Shown piece after piece: positions 18,808-27,368 of a stretch of DNA of 64,000 nt. The stretch is taken from positions 6,004-70,003 of the forward strand of contig JARZZM010000001.1 in NCBI GenBank assembly GCA_030130125.1, given 5' to 3'. Position 1 is the stretch's first letter; the number at the start of each line of letters is the position of its first letter. Source of the DNA: Thermoproteota archaeon (lineage in GTDB: Archaea > Korarchaeota > Korarchaeia > Korarchaeales > Korarchaeaceae). The notes beneath the pieces are model-generated. The model made no database searches and was not told the DNA's origin. It saw only the letters and a list, made by a program, of their open reading frames with translations. A program made the position numbers and the translations under genes.

Positions 18808-20541
18808 TTAGGGAGAGACGGCCTTAGCCTCTACTTCTCCTTTTCTGACCTTAAAGTAGGCGCTCCAGAGGGCGTAGCTCATATAGATGCCCAGCACGAA
18901 GAGTATTATGCCTATGACGAAGAAGAGCGCGTTGAGGGCCCACGCTGCCCCGGGGTACTGGGTCAGCGGCGGCTTGGCCAGCGGCTTCTTTATACCGAAG
19001 GTGCTCAGTCCGAAGGTGTATGTCTCCCAGAGGAGGGCGGAGAGTGTAACAACGGTCATGAACGCGGCTGGCACGGCGGAGTACCACGAGGGCTTGTTCA
19101 TCTTGGCCACGTAGAAGGCCACCAGCGTGAGGGCCATCGCAGCGAGCAGCTGGTTGCTGCCACCGAAGTATATCCACAGGTTTATCCAACTGCCAGTGAG
19201 CGCGAATATGATGGGCAGTATCAGACCTACCACGGTGGCCACATACTTGTTCCCGAGCCACTCCCAAGAGCCCTTGAAGAGCTCGGCGCTGAACACACGC
19301 CAATACCTTGTGACGAGGGCCTGCACGGTTATAGCGTAAATTACGAGGAATATCGAGAAGAATGTCAATAGATACGCCTTGGAAGCATCTCCTCCGAGGA
19401 ACGGGGCGGTCAGCAGTGTGGCTCCGTTCACGAAGGCCGATATCTTACCCTTGGCTATGAGGTCCGGTGAGACCACCATGTAAGCGGCGAGGGCCGATGT
19501 GGCGAGCAGCCCCTCGGTGAGCATCGCCCCAGCTCCCACAGGCCTAGCATCGGTCTCCACATCGAGCTGCTTTCCCGTCGTGGAGGTGCTGACAAGGCTG
19601 TGCCATCCTGATATCGCACCGCATGCTATGGACACGAAGAGTATTGGGAATATTGGACCTACATTCTGGACATACCATCCCTTGAACGCTGGCTGGATGA
19701 GCTTTATGCCAGTGGCAGGAGATATAAGGGCCCCGAATATTATCAGGAGGACCCCTCCTATGGCTGGGAATACTGCCACGAAGTTCATCGGAGTGATGAA
19801 CTTGGGAAGCGGGACTATGGCTCCGACGAAGAGTATTATCGCTAAGATTATCGACCACACCTGAATGGACCACGGGCCGAAGAAGTCCTTCGGCGGCCAA
19901 GCCACGACAGTACCTATCCCAACGCTGATCAACGTCAGCGCTATAGCCAAGGCCGTCACACCGAAGATGTTAGCCTTGTACTTGTAGAGGAGCTCTCCCA
20001 CTATGAGGCCGGTTATTATGATGCCTATGGTGGCAATGAAGGATCCGGGGAAGACGTTCCAGAAGAGCGACACGAGGTAGATGAACACCGCCGAGATTAT
20101 CAGCAGGTAGAAGAGCAAGTAAGCCAGCAGTATCTTCCTTCCCCTCTCTCCTATGGCGTTATAGACGAGAGGACCCATGGATCTGCCCTCGTTCCTGACT
20201 GTGAGCATTATGGTGCTGTAATCTTGGACCCAACCGATGAACATGTTCCCTATCACTATCCAAATGAGCGCTGGCAGCCATCCGTAGGCGACGGCTATGA
20301 ACGGTCCCAAGATGGGCCCCAAGGCAGCTATGCTCTTGAACTGGAATCCATAGAGGACGTATCTACTTACTGGAAAGTACTCAACTCCATCTAAGTACAT
20401 GTGAGCTGGTGTAACTCTCTTCTCGCTCACCTCCCAGATGTGCTCGTCGACCCACTTGGCGTACACGTAGTAGGCGAATCCATAAGCAACTAGGGCCCCG
20501 ATTATCCAGAGGGAGGGGGTCTCCAAGAACGCTACCTGCAT
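18808..20541 (-). CDS. cstA: Carbon starvation protein A family transporter (peptide/pyruvate)
   Basis: TPAH...DG..Y.P, GPILGP, GWLPALIWI, IACGAISGWHSL, GAMLTEG, FGGSNQLLA; many TM helices. Confidence 0.93.
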   Translation of the reverse strand: MQVAFLETPSLWIIGALVAYGFAYYVYAKWVDEHIWEVSEKRVTPAHMYLDGVEYFPVSRYVLYGFQFKSIAALGPILGPFIAVAYGWLPALIWIVIGNMFIGWVQDYSTIMLTVRNEGRSMGPLVYNAIGERGRKILLAYLLFYLLIISAVFIYLVSLFWNVFPGSFIATIGIIITGLIVGELLYKYKANIFGVTALAIALTLISVGIGTVVAWPPKDFFGPWSIQVWSIILAIILFVGAIVPLPKFITPMNFVAVFPAIGGVLLIIFGALISPATGIKLIQPAFKGWYVQNVGPIFPILFVSIACGAISGWHSLVSTSTTGKQLDVETDARPVGAGAMLTEGLLATSALAAYMVVSPDLIAKGKISAFVNGATLLTAPFLGGDASKAYLLTFFSIFLVIYAITVQALVTRYWRVFSAELFKGSWEWLGNKYVATVVGLILPIIFALTGSWINLWIYFGGSNQLLAAMALTLVAFYVAKMNKPSWYSAVPAAFMTVVTLSALLWETYTFGLSTFGIKKPLAKPPLTQYPGAAWALNALFFVIGIILFVLGIYMSYALWSAYFKVRKGEVEAKAVSP

Positions 20542-20628
20542 ATTTACCCCCCTGAAAGTGACCTTTAAGTAGGTAGGGCTAAGGTTAGCTAATTAACTTT
20601 GCTATATACGTCTTTTGCTTATAGTATG

Positions 20629-20640
20629 GAAAGATCTTTC
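20629..20640. promoter_or_regulatory. Perfect 12-bp palindrome GAAAGATCTTTC upstream of cstA; candidate operator
   Basis: Exact self-complementary sequence about 90 bp upstream of the cstA ATG, in an AT-rich gap. Confidence 0.4.
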
Positions 20641-20661
20641 ACAAATTGAGTGAATGGATTT

Positions 20662-20946
20662 TCATACGGTCTCCGGGACCTCCTCCGTTAAGTCCCTCTC
20701 CCTGAGCTGCCTCTGCTTCCAACCCTCTATCTCGGGCAACAGATAAGGGAGGAGCCTCAACATGATGGGTGTGGTCATAAGCGGGAGGCCCAGCAGTTCC
20801 CCCATGATCAGGAGGTTTACCGCGTCCCTCAGCTTAGCCGCCTCCTTTCTCGTCTCCCAATATAGGTCGAAGTAGAAGAGCCCGAAGAGGAACTCCTTGG
20901 CAGCTCTCTTAAACTCCTCCCATCTCATGGCAGAGAACACCCACAT
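20662..20946 (-). CDS. Small CstA-associated protein (paralog 2)
   Basis: KEFLFGLF...LIMGELLGLPLMTTPIMLRLLPYLLPEIEGWKQRQLRERDLT is homologous to 18473..18787. Confidence 0.75.
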   Translation of the reverse strand: MWVFSAMRWEEFKRAAKEFLFGLFYFDLYWETRKEAAKLRDAVNLLIMGELLGLPLMTTPIMLRLLPYLLPEIEGWKQRQLRERDLTEEVPETV

Positions 20947-21382
20947 CTTCGAGTATCTTCATCACATCTAGATCTGACGGGCCCTTAAACATTATCTGAA
21001 TGGTCCTATCCGTGACATCGCAGTAATGGACCGTGAACAGATGGTTCTTACTCCTACCCGTTATGATCCCCCTCCCCACGTAGTACGCGGCGGGATGGCC
21101 CCCCATCTCCGTTTCACCAGTCTTCTCTATCCTGATCCTAGGTCTCAGATCCTTCCTGCCAGGTCTGACTACGATCCTCATGTCCACGGTGTAGCTTGGG
21201 GTCGCTAGTACATGATAGCTCTCCCCGTAGGTCACGTAAGCTAGGTGGCCCCTCCTCTCGTACTGAGTGATGTCCGATCCGTAGGCCGTGGCCATGACCT
21301 CCGCCTCATCCGGAACGGTGAGTGTCAGGAAGTCCACCGTACCGAAGAGGGAACTGACTGCCCTTATGTGTGCCCGCTTCAT
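20909..21382 (-). CDS. Hypothetical protein
   Basis: 157-aa ORF overlapping the next co-oriented gene; no family recognised. Confidence 0.6.
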   Translation of the reverse strand: MKRAHIRAVSSLFGTVDFLTLTVPDEAEVMATAYGSDITQYERRGHLAYVTYGESYHVLATPSYTVDMRIVVRPGRKDLRPRIRIEKTGETEMGGHPAAYYVGRGIITGRSKNHLFTVHYCDVTDRTIQIMFKGPSDLDVMKILEDVGVLCHEMGGV

Positions 21383-21429
21383 CGCTCTAGCCTCATCGCG
21401 GGTAGGCTTTATCCTTTACTCGATGCACT

Positions 21430-21939
21430 TTGGGATGTATGTACGAAATCGAGGTAGTGATAGCAATATCGGCCGTGCTAGCTGGCTGGTATTTCTTGGG
21501 CTCCTACCAAAATAGGAAGCTAACCTCCAAAGTGTGGACCGCAGTGCTGGAACAGATGGAGGAATTCGCCTCCGAGATTACTGTCAGGGAGCTTGGGGGC
21601 TCAGCCTTCATAGCCGTGGCTAAGGGAACTCGATTCCCATTCAGAAGGATTGAGATGGCCTATACGAGCCTTCCGAGGGAGATCTTGATCAATTACCTCA
21701 TATCGAAGGCGATGGGGAGGAAGGACCTCCTCACAGTGGTGGCCGATTTCAACACCACCCCAAAGGGCGAGAGAACCCTGAGGGACTTCCCAGATCTGGC
21801 AGTGGATGCGCTCTCCCTAAGGATTCAGTGGAGGAGCCCCAACCTCAGGATAATCATGTCGGCTGAGCAGGCAATGAACGGCTCCCTTAAGAGGGTCCTA
21901 TCAGCGGTCAGGACGGTATGCAGCTCGGGCCTGTGCTGA
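21430..21939 (+). CDS. N-terminally anchored membrane protein, weakly CCDC47/DUF1682-like
   Basis: TM helix followed by YFLGSYQNRKLTSKVW and LPREILINYL...GRKDLL; family call is pattern recognition only. Confidence 0.55.
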   Translation: MGCMYEIEVVIAISAVLAGWYFLGSYQNRKLTSKVWTAVLEQMEEFASEITVRELGGSAFIAVAKGTRFPFRRIEMAYTSLPREILINYLISKAMGRKDLLTVVADFNTTPKGERTLRDFPDLAVDALSLRIQWRSPNLRIIMSAEQAMNGSLKRVLSAVRTVCSSGLC

Positions 21940-22344
21940 TCATTCGAGCTCAGGTATGAAGACCCTAACAGAACCCCTATCCTCATAGGAGCTGAAAATC
22001 TCTCCTGCTTTCCTTATCCCGCTCAAGATAGATCCGAAGAACTCATCAGCGCTCATTCCCAATCGATCAGCCGACTTGGCGACCTCCCCAGCTCCCCTGA
22101 CCCAGAAGGTGACCATGCCGGTGTAGATGCCCAGCCTCAGGTGGGTGGGCACGGGACTCCCCATGGGGAGGAACGCGTAACCCTCGGCCCTCCTGCTGGG
22201 CAGAAACCCCAGTTTCTCCATTTCTCCCACTAACTTCGATATCAGACCCTCCAGATCCTTGGGATCTAGGTAAGCGTACATCTCCACTTTTATGAGGAAG
22301 CTCTCGTAATCCATCTCAATCTTGGATAGGGATGGGACCACCAT
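21940..22344 (-). CDS. Hypothetical protein
   Basis: 134-aa ORF 11 bp downstream of ubiA on the same strand. Confidence 0.6.
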   Translation of the reverse strand: MVVPSLSKIEMDYESFLIKVEMYAYLDPKDLEGLISKLVGEMEKLGFLPSRRAEGYAFLPMGSPVPTHLRLGIYTGMVTFWVRGAGEVAKSADRLGMSADEFFGSILSGIRKAGEIFSSYEDRGSVRVFIPELE

Positions 22345-22355
22345 AAAAATGCAGC

Positions 22356-23195
22356 TCAGTGGGGGAGGAGATCCAGCATGAGCCCGAATCCCAAGAGTAG
22401 GCTCACCACCAAGTTGACATTGAAGGCCTTGGCGTACTCCCCCCTCCTAGCGAGGTAGTGTTGATAACCAAGCAGCCCGGCCGTGAGGCCTATTGAGATC
22501 GCAGAGAACACGCCATTGATTGCACTCAACAGCAGGACCAAGACCGTACCCACATGTAAGAGGAGCGAGAGGTTGAGGGCTACTTTCTCCCCGAAGCACG
22601 CCGGAACCGATTTAATCCCCAGCCTCCGATCTATATCCACATCCTGCACCGCGTACACCATGTCGAATCCTGCTACCCACATGGCCAAAGCGATAGAGTA
22701 GCCCCAAGGCAGGTTGGACACACTGTTCGACATGGCTATCGCTCCCGCAAGCGGAACCGCTCCGAGTACGGCGCCTAGGTGGAAATGAGGGAAGCAGTGG
22801 ATCCTTTTAGCGAAAGGGTAGGTTACCTCCGCGAGTATTATGGGAAAAGCTAGTAGGAAGGCTAGCCAGTTGAAGTAGAGTGCGCTAAGGGCGAATATGG
22901 AGGAGAACAGCACTATAAGTAGGACCACGGTCAGAGCCCTCGCCTCCCCGGTTACGAGGGGCCTGCTGGCCGTCCTAGGGTTCAGGGCATCCAAATCTCT
23001 GTCGAAGAGATCGTTAGACAGTAAAGCGACGGATCTAGCTGAGAAGAGGGCGACACCTATCATCAAAGCGTCCAGCCAGTCGCTCAGTCCGAACATCAGC
23101 GCTCCGACGTAAGCGAAGGGTAGGCTGAAGAGCGTGTGGTGAATCCTTAGCATCCTCACGTAGGCCCTAAATCCCAAGCTCGGACCACCTCTCAT
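22356..23195 (-). CDS. ubiA: UbiA-family prenyltransferase (MqnP-like); ATG 23195 preferred
   Basis: HTLFSLPFAY, NDLFDRDLDALNPRT..RPL, WVAGFD..YA.QD...D. Confidence 0.88.
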   Translation of the reverse strand: MRGGPSLGFRAYVRMLRIHHTLFSLPFAYVGALMFGLSDWLDALMIGVALFSARSVALLSNDLFDRDLDALNPRTASRPLVTGEARALTVVLLIVLFSSIFALSALYFNWLAFLLAFPIILAEVTYPFAKRIHCFPHFHLGAVLGAVPLAGAIAMSNSVSNLPWGYSIALAMWVAGFDMVYAVQDVDIDRRLGIKSVPACFGEKVALNLSLLLHVGTVLVLLLSAINGVFSAISIGLTAGLLGYQHYLARRGEYAKAFNVNLVVSLLLGFGLMLDLLPH

Positions 23196-24585
23196 CCACT
23201 CTCCTCGCAACCTCTGGATCTGGGGCGACGGGCTCGGGCCAGTCCCTCCCAATCTCCTCCCTTAGCTTCCTAGTCGCATCCATTATCATCTTCCCCCCCA
23301 TCCTAGGGGCAACGCTCGCGTGGTCTAGCTCGTCGGCGACGGCGTTCTCCACGATCTGCACATCCCTCTGGGGATCCACAGTAGAGGCCACCGCGTACAT
23401 CACCTGATTCAAGTCGTGCACATCCACATCGTGGTCCACAACAACTAACATCTTGGTCAGGGAGAACTGCCCTAGGCCGAGTAGCCCCATCGCCACCTGC
23501 TTAGCATGGCCGGGATACCTCTTCCTGATGGACACTACGGCAATGCCGTGGAAGAGCCCGTACTCCGGTAGGTTCAGATCCACCACCTCAGGCATGAGCA
23601 TCCTCACGAAGGGTAGGAAGATCCTCTCCACCGCCTTCCCTAGAACGGCGTCCTCGAGCCAAGGATAGCCCACAACAGTGGCGTGAAATATCGGGTTCTC
23701 CCTCGTGTACATCCTCCTCACCCTGAAAACCGGGAAGGGGGCTGGTGGAGTGTAGTAGCCCATGTGATCCCCGAATGGTCCCTCTATGCGGGTTTCGCTA
23801 GGTGGAACAGTGCCCTCCATTACTAGCTCGGCTGATGATGGGATTAAGAGCCCACTCTCTCCCCTAGCTACCCGTATCGACCTCCCAGCCATGACTCCAG
23901 CGAAGAGGTAGCTGTCTATCCCTTCAGGCACGGGTGCCACTGCTGCGAAGGCTACGGCCGGATCAACGCCCACAGCTACAGCTACAGGCATCTCCTCACC
24001 GTACTTCTCGTAGTAGGCTGCCCCCCTCTTGTGTATGTGCCAGTGCATCCCCGTAACGTCCTTCCCCATTATCTGCATCCTGTAAACCCCGAAGTGATGT
24101 ATCCCCGTCTCCGGATCTCTAGTGATGACGATGGGGAAGGTGAAGAATCTTCCCGCATCTTTCGGCCATGTTCTGATTGCTGGCACCTTATTCAAGTCGG
24201 GCTCATCCCATTCATTGTCCTTCCATAGGGCTTTGGATATCTTAGGTAGATATCTGCCGAAGCTAGCGGCTTCCCTCAGGGTCCTGACCTTCTCCCCTAA
24301 GGTGAGAGGGGGCGGTCCCCTAGCTAGTCTAGTGAACCTCTCTCCAGCATCCTCCAGCCTCTCCACTCCCAGAGCAAGCTTCACCCTCTCTATCTTCGAA
24401 AACAGGTTGCCAGCGAGTCTCCAACCCTCGAAACCCTCGATGTTCTCGAAGAGGAGTGCCGGTCCACCTCGTGCGACTCTCCTCAGGATCTCCGCTATCT
24501 CCAGCTCCACACTGACCGGAGCTTTTACCTTTCTTAGCTCTCCTCTACCCTCAAGCCTCTCCAGAAAGCTCCTGAGGTCTTCCAA
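23167..24585 (-). CDS. ubiD: UbiD-family prFMN-dependent decarboxylase (MqnL-like)
   Basis: WPKDAGRF.T, YRMQ, HWHIHK, EGPFGDHMGYY, ELDH...G.KM..DAT. Confidence 0.9.
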   Translation of the reverse strand: MEDLRSFLERLEGRGELRKVKAPVSVELEIAEILRRVARGGPALLFENIEGFEGWRLAGNLFSKIERVKLALGVERLEDAGERFTRLARGPPPLTLGEKVRTLREAASFGRYLPKISKALWKDNEWDEPDLNKVPAIRTWPKDAGRFFTFPIVITRDPETGIHHFGVYRMQIMGKDVTGMHWHIHKRGAAYYEKYGEEMPVAVAVGVDPAVAFAAVAPVPEGIDSYLFAGVMAGRSIRVARGESGLLIPSSAELVMEGTVPPSETRIEGPFGDHMGYYTPPAPFPVFRVRRMYTRENPIFHATVVGYPWLEDAVLGKAVERIFLPFVRMLMPEVVDLNLPEYGLFHGIAVVSIRKRYPGHAKQVAMGLLGLGQFSLTKMLVVVDHDVDVHDLNQVMYAVASTVDPQRDVQIVENAVADELDHASVAPRMGGKMIMDATRKLREEIGRDWPEPVAPDPEVARRVDERWSELGI

Positions 24586-24607
24586 CTTTCACTCCCACGG
24601 AGTAGTC

Positions 24608-25114
24608 TCACGTTAAATTAAGTGTTTGCCGATCCTTTCCCTCAGTTCTCAGCTTCCTCCTCAGGAGTATTTTAGCCATCTCGCTCAAATTCCACCTTCC
24701 ATATCTGTTGTAGAGGACATAGTCCTCCCGGCTCAATTCCCTCAGGAAGGATGCTATCAAGGAATCTACGTTGATCCTGTCTATCAGCACCCTGTAGCCT
24801 AGGGCCAATCCTGAGAGGAATGTCCCAGGAGAGAGGTTATCCCTAAAATCACTCAAACCCATTACATGAACATCGATAGGGGGGAGACCTCTCCTGAGGG
24901 CCCGTGAGGATATCTTGTACTCGACCTCCATCTTTTCCTTGGGTCTCAAGGATCCTTTCACAACTATCAGGAGATCGACATCCTTGGCATCCCTCCAGTA
25001 GATCAAGCTCCCAAAGACAAGTGCCGCTAGGACCCTATCTCCCAGCTCCTCCAGTACGAGATCCTTCAAATCCTTATATAATTCCCTTCTTCGCGAGATA
25101 CCTCCTCGCAACAT
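24608..25114 (-). CDS. Minimal nucleotidyltransferase (MNT) domain protein
   Basis: LVFGS...DVDLLIVV; overlaps the HEPN gene. Confidence 0.8.
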   Translation of the reverse strand: MLRGGISRRRELYKDLKDLVLEELGDRVLAALVFGSLIYWRDAKDVDLLIVVKGSLRPKEKMEVEYKISSRALRRGLPPIDVHVMGLSDFRDNLSPGTFLSGLALGYRVLIDRINVDSLIASFLRELSREDYVLYNRYGRWNLSEMAKILLRRKLRTEGKDRQTLNLT

Positions 25115-25505
25115 CCAATACCTCCCTAGCTCTCTTAAGAGCCTCTTCAGCTACCTCCCTATCGATGAACTCGTCGGGCGACACAACCTCACCTCTTAAG
25201 AGGAACGGATACCTGCTCCTAGTGTAGTACTCAGTGAACCACCCTATTATATCCAGAACCCTATCGAACTCATCCCTCCACTCATCCGAGAACGCTTCCG
25301 AGAATGCGGTCCCCAGCATTGGCCCGTGATTGTACACGTATTTCTTTTTGGCCTCTATCATAGCCTTCACAGCCTTCTCAACGCACTGTTGCAGGTGGAA
25401 AACCGACTCTGAGTAGTCTTCGAACTCAATTGATCTTAAGGCTCTTTTAAGGTCTTTCTCCGCTTCTTCGAAGTACTTTCTGGCGAACTTCTCGTAGAAT
25501 ACCAA
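25074..25505 (-). CDS. HEPN domain protein (COG2250 type)
   Basis: AEKDL..A, FHLQQCVEKAVKA, Y...RYP motif. Confidence 0.85.
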   Translation of the reverse strand: MVFYEKFARKYFEEAEKDLKRALRSIEFEDYSESVFHLQQCVEKAVKAMIEAKKKYVYNHGPMLGTAFSEAFSDEWRDEFDRVLDIIGWFTEYYTRSRYPFLLRGEVVSPDEFIDREVAEEALKRAREVLDVARRYLAKKGII

Positions 25506-25615
25506 ACGTGTCCCTTTCTTGTCAGATAAGGCTTCAAACTTATATTTATCGATCGCAGCGGGATGCCACCACCATTATTTTATGACAGAGTGAAGGGAAG
25601 GGAAGTGGGGAGAGC

Positions 25616-26515
25616 ATGAGAAGGCTCCTCCACCTACTAGCTCTCGTCGTAATCGTCTTGATAGCCTACGCTCTGATACCCAAGCAGCGGAGCCCCGTCA
25701 CAGCTGCCACCATACAGGGGGGAATCAGCACACTCGACCTGATGGAGGGCAAGGCCGAGTGGCTAAAGGTGATGAGGTTCGATAAACCCTTGGACGTGGC
25801 CCAGGCCCTGTCGAAGGGCGAGGTCGATGTGGCAGTCATAACCTCGGAGATGTACGCGAAGTTCGCCCTCTCCTCCAAGGGGGAGCTGAAGATAATCGCC
25901 GCTGAAATGCTGCAGAATCAGGCGGTGGTAGGAGTGAGTGACCTGAAGGACTTGGAGGGTAAGAGGGTAGGCGCCACAACGGCCAGCGGGACCTACGCGA
26001 TGTTTCAGGCGTACACGAGGCTCGCAAGTGTGAAGGGATATGAGGTGGTGGACATGCCCCCACCCCAGTTAGTGGCGGCACTGGATAGAGGTGATATAGA
26101 TGCGGCGGTGGTCTGGGAGCCCATGGCCTCCAAGCTCATCGCCAAAGGCTATGAGCACGTAGATTTCGTTGACCTCGCTGAGAGGCATGTGGGTAAACAG
26201 CCAATAATGCTGGTGTGGGTCGCCACGGAGGACTTCCTGAGGAAGACCGACGATGTGAAGGCCTTCCTCGAGCTGAGGGAGGAGGCGGCTCGACGGTGGG
26301 ATGAGGAAGCCCCCTCGATCCTCAAGAAACTCTATGGCCTGAATGACGATGAGGTAAGCATGCTGATGGCGAGGGTGAGGCTGTGGACCGATGATCTAGA
26401 GGGGGCGAGGGAGGGCATAATCTCCGCTTGGGAACTGGCTCGTCAGGGAGGATACCTGAAGGTAAGCGAGGACGCCCTAAAGGAGCTCGCATCTAAGGCC
26501 TTCTGGGGAGGCTGA
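25616..26515 (+). CDS. NitT/TauT/SsuA-family ABC substrate-binding protein
   Basis: N-terminal TM; DLKDLEGKRVG, ALDRGDIDAAVVWEP. Confidence 0.85.
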   Translation: MRRLLHLLALVVIVLIAYALIPKQRSPVTAATIQGGISTLDLMEGKAEWLKVMRFDKPLDVAQALSKGEVDVAVITSEMYAKFALSSKGELKIIAAEMLQNQAVVGVSDLKDLEGKRVGATTASGTYAMFQAYTRLASVKGYEVVDMPPPQLVAALDRGDIDAAVVWEPMASKLIAKGYEHVDFVDLAERHVGKQPIMLVWVATEDFLRKTDDVKAFLELREEAARRWDEEAPSILKKLYGLNDDEVSMLMARVRLWTDDLEGAREGIISAWELARQGGYLKVSEDALKELASKAFWGG

Positions 26516-26564
26516 TCCTTCGACCCCCTCCTCTTTCCCGACCAAATCCTTAAGAGCCTTCTCG

Positions 26565-27368
26565 ATGGTTGCTCCCGTTGGTGAGAGGTCAGGCACCATG
26601 ACTCAGGGAAGGAAGGGGGCCGGTAAGGGACGGGAAATCGCTTTCAGGACCGGAAGGATACTCGCTGGCCTCTTCGTCTTGGCGATATGGATCTCAGCAT
26701 CAGCGACGGGCATGCTCCCTGATCCCGCGGAGGTGCTGGCATACCTCCTCAGCATGAAGCTGGAAGATGTTGCGCCTCAGGTGCTCAAGACGCTGTACAA
26801 CAGCATTACCGGATTCTCCCTGTCTTTCCTGGCCTCCATGGTGCTAGGTCTCCTGTCCCACAAGCTTTCCTTGGTCAAGGGGTTCTCGGAGGCCCTCTCC
26901 GAGATATTCAACAGCACCTCCGCCTTGGTCTGGTCTTTGGTCCTAGTGGCCACCCTAGGCGTGTTAAGCCCCCTCCCACCGATACTAGTGGTCGCAGCCG
27001 TGACGCTCCCCCATGTACTCACAGCTACGGTATCGGCTCTGTCCTCGGCGGACCCGGGTCTGCTGGAGGCCGTCAGATCGGTAGGAGCCAAGCCCTCTGA
27101 CGAATTCTTCGAGGTGATCTTACCCAGCTCCGTACCGCTCTTGGCCTCGGCCTCAAGGGTCGGGTTGGGGACCGCCCTGAGGATAAGCGTGGTGGCCGAG
27201 GCCTTCGGATCAAGCGGCGGAGTAGGCTACATGATAATCAGGAGCTACAACTTGGCTGATGCCTCGGGGGTACTGGCTTGGTCCATCGTGCTAATTGCTC
27301 TGGTCCTAGTACTGGATCAGCTGATCCTCAAACCCCTAGAGAGGAGGGCCAAGAGATGGCTAGAGTGA
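26565..27368 (+). CDS. NitT/TauT-family ABC permease
   Basis: Multi-TM protein; EAA-like loop LLEAVRSVGA, VVAEAFG...GVGY. Confidence 0.85.
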   Translation: MVAPVGERSGTMTQGRKGAGKGREIAFRTGRILAGLFVLAIWISASATGMLPDPAEVLAYLLSMKLEDVAPQVLKTLYNSITGFSLSFLASMVLGLLSHKLSLVKGFSEALSEIFNSTSALVWSLVLVATLGVLSPLPPILVVAAVTLPHVLTATVSALSSADPGLLEAVRSVGAKPSDEFFEVILPSSVPLLASASRVGLGTALRISVVAEAFGSSGGVGYMIIRSYNLADASGVLAWSIVLIALVLVLDQLILKPLERRAKRWLE

